Assembly: GCA_048882505.1 (NCBI GenBank)
Contig: JBHLRO010000031.1
Span: 12,568 to 33,848, forward strand
Reading direction: 5' to 3'
Source: Candidatus Thorarchaeota archaeon
GTDB lineage: Archaea > Asgardarchaeota > Heimdallarchaeia > Hodarchaeales > Hodarchaeaceae
Length of the DNA stretch: 21,281 nt
Shown: positions 1-9,045 of the stretch, in pieces
Numbering within the stretch: position 1 is the stretch's first letter
Layout: the number at the start of each line of letters is the position of its first letter
The notes under the pieces: generated by a model
Databases searched by the model: none
Seen by the model: only the letters and a program-made list of their open reading frames with translations
Told to the model about the DNA's origin: nothing
Position numbers and translations under genes: made by a program

Positions 1-857
1 CCAAAGTATCTATTAGTAGATCCTGCTAGAGCAAAACCCCCATCGGTCGTTTGAACCAAGGCATAGGCAATATCCTCATGACCAGCATACCCATATTGGG
101 GGATCGTTTGCTTCCAGGTCACATTGCCGGAAGCATCCGTTTTCACTAACCACATGTCCTCATTCCCAAATGACCACGTCCACCCTGCCAGAGCAAACCC
201 ACCATCAACAGTCTCAATTACTGATTTTGCCCCATCAGATTCTGTTTTTCCATAAGTGTGATTCCACTCTTCCTTACCATTGTCATCCGTTTTCACTAAC
301 CACATATCCCAATTCCCTGCACCATCCAACTCCGTCGATCCCGCCAGAACAAACTCCCCATCTGTTGTCCGAACCAAGCCAGAGGGTACATCAAGATTGG
401 GTCCCCCATAAGACTGATTCCAAGTCATCATTCCATGGGCGTCCACCTTTACCAACCAAAAATCCGAGCCCCCAATCCCATAAACGTTAGTAATTCCTGC
501 GAGTGCAAACCCGCCATCTGTTGTCTGAATCAAGGCAGAGGGTACATCAAGGTAGGGCCCCCCATAAGACTGATTCCAAGTCATCACTCCATTAGCATCG
601 GTCTTCAGCAACAACATGTCCCCACCTTCGTAATCGGAGGGTGCACAAAAACCACACCACGCGGCATGTGATTTCGTACCCCCCGCCAAAGCAAAACCCC
701 CATCAGTAGTTTGGACCATAGCTGTTACCTCAAACGATTCAGGTGGATCCCACTCTGGTTGTGAGTCAGGGTCGTTCGTGCGTGATCGAACAGTTATACT
801 CACCAATACCAATGAAACTATCAATACAAGTAAAATTACTCCCGTCTTTCCTTGCAT
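1..857 (-). CDS. Secreted/membrane-anchored beta-propeller repeat protein (partial, runs off left edge)
   Basis: Not in the ORF track. Manual translation from ATG at 857 is open to the window edge: MQGKTGVILLVLIVSLVLVSITVRS (hydrophobic signal/anchor), then five ~50-aa repeats QTTDGGFALAG...D(M/F)WLVKTD.NG...WNQSYGG. Confidence 0.88.
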   Translation of the reverse strand, partial: MQGKTGVILLVLIVSLVLVSITVRSRTNDPDSQPEWDPPESFEVTAMVQTTDGGFALAGGTKSHAAWCGFCAPSDYEGGDMLLLKTDANGVMTWNQSYGGPYLDVPSALIQTTDGGFALAGITNVYGIGGSDFWLVKVDAHGMMTWNQSYGGPNLDVPSGLVRTTDGEFVLAGSTELDGAGNWDMWLVKTDDNGKEEWNHTYGKTESDGAKSVIETVDGGFALAGWTWSFGNEDMWLVKTDASGNVTWKQTIPQYGYAGHEDIAYALVQTTDGGFALAGSTNRYF

Positions 858-866
858 AGCACTTAC

Positions 867-894
867 ATGTCGCATAACGCTCAACCGGCGCCTC
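867..894 (+). other. dif-like half site in opposite orientation (ATGTCGCATAA-CGCTCA-...)
   Basis: 867-877 ATGTCGCATAA is the reverse complement of TTATGCGACAT, 10/11 identical to the arm TTATACGACAT at 1717-1727. The second arm does not match. Confidence 0.4.
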
Positions 895-948
895 CTCGGA
901 TTTCGACAGGCGGTCCAGGGATACTCTTCAACAGCCTGAGGATACGCC

Positions 949-1452
949 CTAGGGCTCTTCACCATGGTTGGTGTCTTGAGTAGCACCTTCATCCCACCGT
1001 AATTTTTGTTTGATGGTCTCAAAAAGATACAAAGCGAGTTGTGTGGGTGTCTCGGAGATCCTGGGGAGGGGAATCTTTCTCTCTTTGGCTTCCGTTTTGA
1101 GAATCCAGAGGCATTCAGCCAGAGCATCACACTGTGTACAATCGCCCTCCTGTTCATGCCAGATCTGGGTGCCAGTTTTGGGACTGTGGGTGATGTATAC
1201 ATCGGACTTGAATGCCGGGGAATACCCCCAGAGAAAGCCTTCCACATCGCTGTGGCGGTACACCCGGATCCTGTTGGTTTTGGCAGCTGCTAATAGCAAG
1301 CTTTCGATCTTGGAACTCTTGCTACTCAATGCCTTGTATACTGCCTGCACCGAAATCGCGTTTTTCTTGGCAATGTCGGAAATTGTAGCCCCGTTCCGTC
1401 GCTCTTTCCAGAACTGATCCCATCGCTTTCTTGAGAGGGTTGGGTTGCCCAT
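949..1452 (-). CDS. Archaeal HTH DNA-binding protein with C-terminal His/Cys cluster
   Basis: N-terminal HTH-like segment ATISDIAKKNAISVQAVYKAL; C-terminal HEQEGDCTQC...EC. ATG at 1452 preferred (TTTAAA box ~25 bp upstream); the ORF track extends to 1464. Confidence 0.75.
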   Translation of the reverse strand: MGNPTLSRKRWDQFWKERRNGATISDIAKKNAISVQAVYKALSSKSSKIESLLLAAAKTNRIRVYRHSDVEGFLWGYSPAFKSDVYITHSPKTGTQIWHEQEGDCTQCDALAECLWILKTEAKERKIPLPRISETPTQLALYLFETIKQKLRWDEGATQDTNHGEEP

Positions 1453-1699
1453 ACCAACTATCAACCATTAATGGTTTAAAAAAACCTCGCTTTTTCTCCG
1501 TCTAGGATTTGTCCTTTGATAATTCAGCAATTGACAATGGTACTTCGAAAATTAACCGTAGAATTGATGTACTTTGGATTTCTTAAATCAAAGCTCAATG
1601 AAAAGCTGATATCCTTACCCCTAGCTGGTGAAAGATCTAAGTACTAGTACCGACTTAATCCATGTTAGATTAATAATTATATAACGTTTTATATAAGAA

Positions 1700-1727
1700 T
1701 TTTAACCTACCCACCGTTATACGACAT
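1700..1727. other. 28-bp dif/Xer-like site 1
   Basis: TTTTAACCTAC-CCACCG-TTATACGACAT. Minus strand ATGTCGTATAA-CGGTGG-GTAGGTTAAAA versus E. coli dif GGTGCGCATAA-TGTATA-TTATGTTAAAT: 6/11 and 8/11 arm identity. Confidence 0.6.
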
Positions 1728-1891
1728 CAGATAATTTGAAGTTATATAAGAAGAAGATGAATCTGGGAAAAACTCCCTCCTAACACAAGAGCTCGCAGAA
1801 TTTTAGATCTTTTCATAATACCTTTTCATTTTCTATTCAGACAGCCTAGGAAGAACTCCTGAGCTTTCTCATGTGAGATCTTAGAGACTAA

Positions 1892-3229
1892 TTAAATCCG
1901 TGAAGTTTCTCCTTCCCCTTCATCAGGCTTTTTTTCCCTAAAATACAGACTAAGATAGATACATGTAGCCCCAATGAAACTTAGAAACAGTGGAACGATA
2001 ATTCCTTCATTTAGTCCATATTGTTCGATTAAACTTCCAGCAATTGGAAGAGTGGGGATTCCAATAATCGAAGTAAGGGTAGGAATCAATGAGTAAACTG
2101 AATTTCGAAAATCAGATGGAACTAAGTCCACCATGGTTCTTCCTCTCAATGTTTCTGCAATATCATAGATACAATTAACACCAATGGTCAATAGAAGGGC
2201 CGTTAAGATCGCTCCAGGAAAATTTGGCTCATTAGCAGGAGGAATGATAGCTAATAAAATAACAAAGGGAAGATAATATGTGAAAGTAATTAGAAAGTCA
2301 AATAGAGGCAACTTACTGTTCGGAAATTTCTGACTTACTTTTGCCATGTAGATTCCAATTGGAATTCCAACAAAGAACATAATTGTCCTGAATAAGGATG
2401 CTAATCCATCAGTCCCTGTATAGCCGAAATATATAGGGAAGAGAATCAACGAACCCCAAACATTTAGAGCTGCATAAATTATGGACATTCCCATCAAAAA
2501 GAAGAAAGCAGACTTACTAGATACTAGAAATTTGAGTCCTCCGACGAGGAATGTAAAGAAGTTCTCTGATGACGGTTCTGTATATAGAGTATCCTCCTTA
2601 AACTCTATAGCATCAGACTTAATATCCTGGACGAGAAAAATTATGAAGAATATTAGAAACGCTGATAATATTGCTTGAATGAAAAAAACTAGCTCCCGTG
2701 AGAATGAAGTTGCGATAAATCCACCAATTGTGAAGGTAAAGGCCATGGTGATTCTAACTAAACTACCAATACGTGCATTAAAAAAACCATAGATCTTTCG
2801 ATCAGGATCTTGGTCTCCAACTACGCTCTTATAGTTATTGTCAAGCCAAGTACCTAAAGTTCCTGATGCCTGCGCATTGGCCACTCCTGTAAAAAAGGCA
2901 TAGACGAAAAAGTCGGTAAATGTTGTTGAAAAAGATAACAACCAATATGAGATGGCATAACATGAAAAAGCAATTGACAAAACCCACCGTTGACCAATAT
3001 AATCACCGAGAGATCCACTAGGGTAATCAATAAGCAGCTGAATGAGAAGCGTAAAAGAAATAATTATACTTGCTTGTGTTGGTCCGATTTTATCGTAAGT
3101 GTAAAGAACAAAAAATGTACTCGATAAATTTCCTATTATTGATATAATTAAAATTACAACAAGAAATTTCATTATTAAATTACGTGCATTAGGAATCGCT
3201 TCTATCCCTAAAAACCGTGGAAGAAACAA
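1892..3229 (-). CDS. MFS transporter
   Basis: About 12 hydrophobic segments and MFS motif A-like PSGSLGDYIGQR. The ORF track starts at TTG 3289; TTG 3229 follows an AGGTGA SD-like motif and is preferred. Confidence 0.88.
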   Translation of the reverse strand: MFLPRFLGIEAIPNARNLIMKFLVVILIISIIGNLSSTFFVLYTYDKIGPTQASIIISFTLLIQLLIDYPSGSLGDYIGQRWVLSIAFSCYAISYWLLSFSTTFTDFFVYAFFTGVANAQASGTLGTWLDNNYKSVVGDQDPDRKIYGFFNARIGSLVRITMAFTFTIGGFIATSFSRELVFFIQAILSAFLIFFIIFLVQDIKSDAIEFKEDTLYTEPSSENFFTFLVGGLKFLVSSKSAFFFLMGMSIIYAALNVWGSLILFPIYFGYTGTDGLASLFRTIMFFVGIPIGIYMAKVSQKFPNSKLPLFDFLITFTYYLPFVILLAIIPPANEPNFPGAILTALLLTIGVNCIYDIAETLRGRTMVDLVPSDFRNSVYSLIPTLTSIIGIPTLPIAGSLIEQYGLNEGIIVPLFLSFIGATCIYLSLYFREKKPDEGEGETSRI

Positions 3230-3431
3230 ATCATCACCTTTACATAAACAGTCACGCCCGAAAAGGACGAGAGCTTTAAAATATTTCAAAAAAGGCAGTC
3301 ATTCACGCTTTTGCAGGAGAAGACTATGAGTTAGCTGTTGTCCCTCCTAAAACAAGAGCCTCCTTCTCTCGGTTTGACGCACGCTCTCAGCATTATGTGT
3401 TCATAATCCTGAGTATCATTATACGTATTTT

Positions 3432-3459
3432 TGGCAATATATCCAACGTTAAGCGACAT
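3432..3459. other. 28-bp dif/Xer-like site 2
   Basis: TGGCAATATAT-CCAACG-TTAAGCGACAT: same spacer as sites 4, 6 and 7, and the right arm matches the family. Confidence 0.55.
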
Positions 3460-3584
3460 CTCCTTCATGGAGAAAAAACAACTGACTAATGATGGATGAT
3501 GGATAAATGTATTAAAATGATGAAATAGCTAATGGAACAATAGTCTATTGCTCAGTGGTTGAGACAAATAGGAACGTATCGAAC

Positions 3585-4607
3585 ATGAAGGTCTTGGGAT
3601 ACGCAGCAAAAGCGATAGGACAGCCACTGGAACCCTTCACCTACGAGCAACCAAAAACAGATGCACATGATATCCTGGTGTCGGTGACGCACTGCGGTTT
3701 GTGTTATACTGACATCCACGCTATCGACGACTACTACGGAATAACCACCTTTCCCTTTGTCCCTGGTCATGAGATTGTTGGATATGTGTCGGCTGTGGGC
3801 CGTGCAGTATCTAACCTCAAAGAAGGGGATCGGGTCGGCATTGGCTGGCAGGGGCGTTCTTGTATGAAATGTGAGTGGTGCTTGCAGGGCGAAGAGCAGC
3901 TCTGTATGGACATCGTGTCGTCAGGAACATGGGTTCCCTATGGCGGATTCTCGTCCTCTATCTGTGTGGATAGCCGCTTTGCCTACCCGATTCCAGACGC
4001 CATGCCCTCCGAAGTGGCTGCAGTACTCATGTGCGCCGGGATCACGGTTTACTCCCCGCTCCGTTCTTACTCAGCTCATCAAGGGAAGAAAATTGGCATT
4101 ATCGGCGTGGGAGGGCTGGGTCACCTCGCATTACAGTTCGCACGCGCCCTCAATTACGAAGTAACCGCTATTTCCTCCTCTCCAGACAAGAAGGATCAAG
4201 CGCTAGCATTTGGCGCGGACCACTTCCTTGTTTCAGACGACCAGACCAGCATGCAACGAGCTGGGTTCGTCTTCGACCTGCTCTTATGCACCGCTCACGG
4301 CAAGATAAACTGGGAGGTCCTATTGAGTACTCTGAAGAAAAATGGGAGGCTGATCCTTACCGGCTTCCCAGACATGACATTCAATCCGACTGACCTCGTG
4401 GCACATCAATTATCGGTCACCGGGTCCTTCCTTGGCAATCGGGTAACCATGCGAGAGATGCTTTCGTTTGCACAGGAACACACCATCGTTCCCAAGGTAG
4501 AGCTAATGCCCATGACGAAGGTAAACGAAGCTATTCGAAAAGTTAAGGAGAACAAGGCACGCTACCGAATTGTTCTATATAACGACATCGGGGAAGTGGA
4601 ACTCTAA
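3585..4607 (+). CDS. Zn-dependent NAD(P) alcohol dehydrogenase (cinnamyl-alcohol dehydrogenase/YahK-Ahr-like)
   Basis: CGLCYTD and GHE catalytic-Zn motifs, CMKCEWC...C structural-Zn motif, GVGGLGH Rossmann motif, ARYRIVL C-terminus. ATG 3585 preferred over GTG 3555. Confidence 0.93.
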   Translation: MKVLGYAAKAIGQPLEPFTYEQPKTDAHDILVSVTHCGLCYTDIHAIDDYYGITTFPFVPGHEIVGYVSAVGRAVSNLKEGDRVGIGWQGRSCMKCEWCLQGEEQLCMDIVSSGTWVPYGGFSSSICVDSRFAYPIPDAMPSEVAAVLMCAGITVYSPLRSYSAHQGKKIGIIGVGGLGHLALQFARALNYEVTAISSSPDKKDQALAFGADHFLVSDDQTSMQRAGFVFDLLLCTAHGKINWEVLLSTLKKNGRLILTGFPDMTFNPTDLVAHQLSVTGSFLGNRVTMREMLSFAQEHTIVPKVELMPMTKVNEAIRKVKENKARYRIVLYNDIGEVEL

Positions 4608-4704
4608 ATTCTTAGAGTTCTTTGAAGACACTTTAGTCCTAAGCTATCTTTATCCAAGATATCAGATCTTAAGATCATCTCCAACCTATTTTTATTTTAT
4701 CGAA

Positions 4705-4760
4705 TTATGTAAGCAAATGCTTAAATATTACATTTTTTCGTTATGTAAGCAGGTGCTTAC
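4705..4760. promoter_or_regulatory. Two tandem palindromic operators upstream of the ArsR gene
   Basis: TAAGCA-AA-TGCTTA (4710-4723) and GTAAGCA-GG-TGCTTAC (4745-4760), each preceded by TTATG, just upstream of ATG 4765. Confidence 0.7.
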
Positions 4761-4764
4761 CTAT

Positions 4765-5127
4765 ATGGATCACTTGAAAAATCAACTGGATGAAGTATTT
4801 TCGGCATTATCTCATCCTGTTCGTAGAGCAATAATAGAACAAGTGGCTGTTAAGGAATGCACCGTAAACGAGTTAGCTAAGCCTCATAAAATTACCAGAC
4901 CTGCCATATCACAACATCTCCGGATCCTTTTAGATGCCAGCCTGATAGAACAGACAAAAAAAGGAAGATTTCGGATGTGTCATCTCAATGTAAGACCCCT
5001 TTCAGTTGCATTCAACTGGTTGGTCAGATATCGGGTTTTCTGGGAAACGTTACTTGATGAAATCCAAGAAAAGGTGGAAGCTGACGCCAATCTACAGGAA
5101 GACAATCAAAATGCAGGAAAAACCTAG
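4765..5127 (+). CDS. ArsR/SmtB family transcriptional regulator
   Basis: DEVFSALSHPVRRAII...TVNELA...ISQHLRILLDASLI...KGRFRMCHL is a classic ArsR winged HTH, coupled to an SRPBCC gene. ATG 4765 lies within ORF 4570..5127. Confidence 0.92.
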   Translation: MDHLKNQLDEVFSALSHPVRRAIIEQVAVKECTVNELAKPHKITRPAISQHLRILLDASLIEQTKKGRFRMCHLNVRPLSVAFNWLVRYRVFWETLLDEIQEKVEADANLQEDNQNAGKT

Positions 5128-5575
5128 TAAAGAAAATACGTTAAGAATATCGCGGATTATCCGTGCACCAGTTGAACGTGTCTATAAGGCATTTATAGAT
5201 CCGGACGCAATGGTTAAATGGTTCCCCCCACATGGGTTTACAGGAAAGGTCACAAAAAGTGATGTACGAGTCGGCGGGAACTATAAAATGACATTTATCA
5301 ATTTCACCACGGGAACAAGCGAATCCTTTGGAGGTAAATACCTAGAATTGACACCTAATAAACGTATTCGGTATACAGCCCAATTTGAAGACCCAGAAAT
5401 GCCCGAAATAATGGAAACAACAATTGAATTTCGAAATACAGAAGCAGGCACAGAAGTTTCTATAACCCAAAAAGGAATACCTCCAATAGTCCCGATTGAA
5501 TTTGCTACAATGGGTTGGCAGGAATCTCTGCAACTACTTGAACAACTGGTCGTTCCCGAGATTCCTGACACTTAG
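5111..5575 (+). CDS. SRPBCC/AHSA1 (activator of Hsp90 ATPase homologue) family protein
   Basis: ISRIIRAPVERVYKAFIDPDAMVKWF...DVRVGGNY...GWQESLQLL. ATG 5111 overlaps the ArsR 3' end. Confidence 0.92.
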   Translation: MQEKPSKENTLRISRIIRAPVERVYKAFIDPDAMVKWFPPHGFTGKVTKSDVRVGGNYKMTFINFTTGTSESFGGKYLELTPNKRIRYTAQFEDPEMPEIMETTIEFRNTEAGTEVSITQKGIPPIVPIEFATMGWQESLQLLEQLVVPEIPDT

Positions 5576-5651
5576 ACTCAATCATCAACCTAACCTCTTT
5601 CTTTTCTCTTTAAATTGAAATATGAATTAAACAATAAAGGTGAGAAATACT

Positions 5652-6209
5652 ATGAAAAAGCTAATCATGTGGAATTTAATTACCCTCGATGGATATTTCC
5701 AAGGTAAGGAAGATTGGGACTTAAGTTTTCATGACCTAGTTTGGGGAAAAGAGTTAGAAGAGTTTTCAATTGAGCAGCTGAAATCCGCTGATATGATAAT
5801 ATTTGGCCTCACTACCTACCAAGGGATGGCAGCTCATTGGCAAGATGCCGAGGGAGAGGTGGCAGACTTCATGAATAAACTCCCAAAAGCCGTATGTTCG
5901 AGTACGCTAAAAACTGCTCGCTGGAATAACACAATTATCATAAAAAATGCAGCCGATGAAATCTCCAAATTGAAACAAGAAGGAAATGGAGACTTATTTG
6001 TATTTGGCAGTGGTAAACTTTGCGAAAGCCTGATGAAAGAAGACTTATTTGATGAATATAGACTTGTTATTACGCCAGTTTTTCTTGGGGAAGGAAGGCG
6101 GCTTTTTAACGAGGGATCAAAGTATCAAGAACTTAGACTCATTGAATCCAGACCGCTTTCTAATGGCGGTGTTATGTTGAGGTACGCCAATACGTTCGAA
6201 GGTAAATGA
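5652..6209 (+). CDS. Dihydrofolate reductase-like / RibD C-terminal domain protein
   Basis: MKKLIMWNLITLDGYF...IFGLTTY...GSGKL...LFDEYRLVITPVFLGEGRRLF. Confidence 0.92.
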   Translation: MKKLIMWNLITLDGYFQGKEDWDLSFHDLVWGKELEEFSIEQLKSADMIIFGLTTYQGMAAHWQDAEGEVADFMNKLPKAVCSSTLKTARWNNTIIIKNAADEISKLKQEGNGDLFVFGSGKLCESLMKEDLFDEYRLVITPVFLGEGRRLFNEGSKYQELRLIESRPLSNGGVMLRYANTFEGK

Positions 6210-6324
6210 CTTAGGTTATCTGTTTGGGATAATAATCTACGATACAAGCTGCATTACCTCTATCAAACGAAACCGAAACAGTTTGGCTTTATCGCAGTCG
6301 AATATCGCATTCTCTTATATAGCA

Positions 6325-6380
6325 AATCAGTATAACCGACGTTTCTTCAATACCGTTCTTTAACCTTGGTTTAACGACAA
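6325..6380. other. Two adjacent degenerate dif-like sites (site 3)
   Basis: AATCAGTATAA-CCGACG-TTTCTTCAATA (6325-6352) and CCGTTCTTTAA-CCTTGG-TTTAACGACAA (6353-6380); each matches only part of the consensus. Confidence 0.3.
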
Positions 6381-6731
6381 CATATATAGCAGCATATGGC
6401 TCATGATGAATCCTTATTGAGGCTCCACATTTCACCAGGATTATATACGCCGTATGGCGCCATAAAAAATATTATCTTGAATTTGATCTCGAAAAATGTG
6501 GACATTATTAGAATAGGACAAACAACCTCTAATGATCCTCAATATTAATCCTCATTTTGAAAAACGCGATTATTATGACATTAAAAGAATTCATTAGTAC
6601 AATGAAACGGGAGCGAAAACGGTGGGATTTGTTAATTACGATTCATCAGATCCGAATTTGGTTATCCAGTTTCTAGAACATTAGAACACTTCTATTCTAT
6701 TTAATCTAAACTTATTAGGGAGTAGGAAGAG

Positions 6732-7118
6732 TTAAAAGTTGATGAACGAATCCACAACTTCCTGATTCTTAATTGAGAAAAAACTCCTTTTTCCTTCTCG
6801 TGTTCGAGCTATTAAACCTGCATCCTCAAGCAATGAAAGATGATGAGAAACCGTTGCTTGAGCAAGATTCGTTAAATATTCAAGTTCACAAGAGCATTTT
6901 ACTCCGTTATTTATCGCTGTTAGAATTTGAATTCTAACTGTATGATTCAAAGCTTTTATCTGCTTTCTAAACTCTTTGAACTGCGTTTGTTCCTTTAAGT
7001 CGTTAAGCCTGCTTTTAAGGAGCTTTAATTCTTCTATTCGATTCGAAACAGACTTCCAGACTACCAATTCTGAATCTAGCAAGTCTTTTAATTTTTCTTC
7101 CAGGACAGAAACACTCAT
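6732..7118 (-). CDS. ArsR family regulator with CxC motif
   Basis: KALNHTVRIQIL...KCSCEL...QATVSHHLSLLEDAGLI..TREGK; divergent from the permease. Confidence 0.9.
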   Translation of the reverse strand: MSVSVLEEKLKDLLDSELVVWKSVSNRIEELKLLKSRLNDLKEQTQFKEFRKQIKALNHTVRIQILTAINNGVKCSCELEYLTNLAQATVSHHLSLLEDAGLIARTREGKRSFFSIKNQEVVDSFINF

Positions 7119-7206
7119 TTTAGAATGGGCCTCAAATCATTTCAAAATTTTCTACAACCAAATATCCTGATGATTATTTCAATCATTTGCTGATCCATAA
7201 TTTTAA

Positions 7207-7253
7207 ATATTTCGATATTTCGATATGTTTATATATCGAAGATTATCGATATG
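7207..7253. promoter_or_regulatory. Putative ArsR operator region (direct and inverted TCGATAT repeats)
   Basis: ATATTTCGATATTTCGATATGTTTATATATCGAAGATTATCGATAT between the divergent arsR-like and permease genes. Confidence 0.55.
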
Positions 7254-7286
7254 ATACGAAAAATATCTCCGAAGAAGGATCTGTAC

Positions 7287-8666
7287 ATGGTTGATTTCGT
7301 TGGACTGATCCAAGGAGCACTAGAAAGCGCTATAATAACTTTACTAGATTATCTTTCTCTTCATGTGTTACTTTGTCTTGTTCCTGCTTTCTTCCTTGCA
7401 GGAGCTATGTCTTATTTTATTCCTAAAGACTTGATTACACGATATATGGGAAAGGATGCTGACTCGAAAATAGCCTATCCTATAGCAACAGCTGGTGGTT
7501 TTCTGTTAGCAGTCTGTAGCTGTACAGTTCTTCCGTTATTTGTGAGTATTTGGAAACGGGGAGCAGGATTGGGGCCAGCGATAACTTTCTTGTTTGTTGC
7601 ACCTGCAATTAACATTCTCGCACTGACCTATACAGGAACACTTGTAGGAATGGACATTGCAATAGCAAGAGGGATTTTGGCTATCATTTTTGCGATCCTC
7701 ATAGGGTTAATTATGGCAGCTGTTTTTGGAAAGAAAATAGATCAAGATGGCAATCACTCAAATAATCCCGCCAGTATGACTACGGATCCAGCAACGCAGG
7801 AGCCTAGTATAACCAATAATATGGAGGTTTCTAAATCAAACGTGCTCCTAATTATTGGACTAGGAATCGCTTCGATATTTTTAGCGACCCTAGATTCTAA
7901 TATAATTAGTTCTCTGGGTAATACTCTTTTCTCGGGCTGGACAATAATTTCTCCACTCCTTCAGAACCCTACTCTTCTTCAAACCATCATCTTTCTCATG
8001 GGGTTGCTGATTCTTATCATTCTAACCTTCAAAATTCCTAGTAAGGAATTAGTACTATTTCTCTGGTTAGTTTATGTATTAATGACTGGCACATCTCAAA
8101 TTACGTATTTTTCCGCGGACCTTAATCTCTTGAATGTTGTCATAAGTCCCGCTATAAGTAATATGGTGATTAAACTACTTTTGACAAGCCTAGTGGTTCT
8201 TGGATTACTTCTTTTCGTATGGAACCAGTTTGATACAGATGACATTCGTGCGTGGCTTTTCGAGACCTGGATTTTTGTGAAGTCCATTTTCCCATTAATC
8301 ATTACAGGTGTGGTCATCGCTGGCTTTGTGAAATTCTTTATTCCTCCTGAACTAGTAGTAACGCTGGTAGGACGTAATACTATCCTTGCAAATCTGATTG
8401 GAGTCCTATTTGGTGTGTTTATGTACTTTCCCACTTTGATGGAGGTACCCATTGCCCGGATATTTTTGGATCTTGGTATGGCTCGTGGACCATTGTTAGC
8501 ATATCTTTTAGCAGACCCAGAATTGTCTTTGCAGAGTATTCTTGTGACTCGGAAATATTTGGGGGATAGAAGAAATTCTTTTTACGTTATCTTGGTCGCA
8601 ATACTCACTTCTCTTGCTGGATTAATTTTTGGTCTGTTCTTAGGCCAAGGAATCGGTTTATGGTGA
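7287..8666 (+). CDS. Permease, ArsP/DUF318 family
   Basis: HVLLCLVPAFFLAGA, AVCSCTVLPLF, APAINI, YFPTLMEVPI, GPLLAYLLADPELSL motifs; many transmembrane segments. ATG 7287 preferred over 7251. Confidence 0.9.
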   Translation: MVDFVGLIQGALESAIITLLDYLSLHVLLCLVPAFFLAGAMSYFIPKDLITRYMGKDADSKIAYPIATAGGFLLAVCSCTVLPLFVSIWKRGAGLGPAITFLFVAPAINILALTYTGTLVGMDIAIARGILAIIFAILIGLIMAAVFGKKIDQDGNHSNNPASMTTDPATQEPSITNNMEVSKSNVLLIIGLGIASIFLATLDSNIISSLGNTLFSGWTIISPLLQNPTLLQTIIFLMGLLILIILTFKIPSKELVLFLWLVYVLMTGTSQITYFSADLNLLNVVISPAISNMVIKLLLTSLVVLGLLLFVWNQFDTDDIRAWLFETWIFVKSIFPLIITGVVIAGFVKFFIPPELVVTLVGRNTILANLIGVLFGVFMYFPTLMEVPIARIFLDLGMARGPLLAYLLADPELSLQSILVTRKYLGDRRNSFYVILVAILTSLAGLIFGLFLGQGIGLW

Positions 8667-8781
8667 CTCATGACGGGATTGAGGTTTAAAAAGATGAGTA
8701 TAACAAAAACTGTGACAGAAAAGACCAACTCGTGTTTCGTGAAATCAACGGTAATGTATAAATCAAAAGAATGGAGGTTTA

Positions 8782-9036
8782 ATGGAAATGACAAGAGTGT
8801 TAGAGGTTTTTGGACCCGGTTGCGCAAAATGCAAGGCATTGAAAAAAAGCACTGAGGAAGCAGTTGAAAAACTAGGCTGGCACGATGTGAAAATTCTCTA
8901 TAACACTGATATGGCCAAAGTAATCCAAAGGGGAATTACTGCTACCCCAGCCTTAGCTGTTGATGGAAAAATAGTGCTATCTGGTAGGTATCTTCCTGCC
9001 AATAAGCTTGTAGAATTACTTCAAAGAACTGAATGA
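8782..9036 (+). CDS. Small thioredoxin-family protein (redox-active disulfide protein 2, MTH895-like)
   Basis: EVFGPGCAKC...GITATPALAVDGKIV; GGAGG RBS upstream. Confidence 0.9.
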   Translation: MEMTRVLEVFGPGCAKCKALKKSTEEAVEKLGWHDVKILYNTDMAKVIQRGITATPALAVDGKIVLSGRYLPANKLVELLQRTE

Positions 9037-9045
9037 ACCTATCAA

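Noticed and set aside
170-671. Plus-strand ORFs 170..490 and 435..671
   Set aside because: They are antisense shadows of the beta-propeller gene. Other short antisense or overlapping ORFs in the track (e.g. 1006, 1010, 2481, 3552, 3871, 4031, 5281, 8096, 9042, 11541, 14035, 16795, 18772, 20309) were dismissed for the same reason.
867-935. Canonical integron attC site (GCATAAC plus hairpin)
   Set aside because: No matching GTT-containing R' box follows the hairpin. The other sites also lack paired R''/R' boxes with a long stem, so a 28-bp dif-like reading fits better.
3287-3302. Possible homopolymer frameshift at the MFS start (ATG 3302 one base out of frame across a T6 run)
   Set aside because: A downstream TTG at 3229 with an SD-like AGGTGA gives a normal-length MFS protein, so no frameshift is needed.
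4570-5110. Long N-terminal extensions of the ArsR (from 4570) and SRPBCC (from 5006) ORFs
   Set aside because: They overlap the upstream genes and the operator, and internal ATGs give family-typical lengths.
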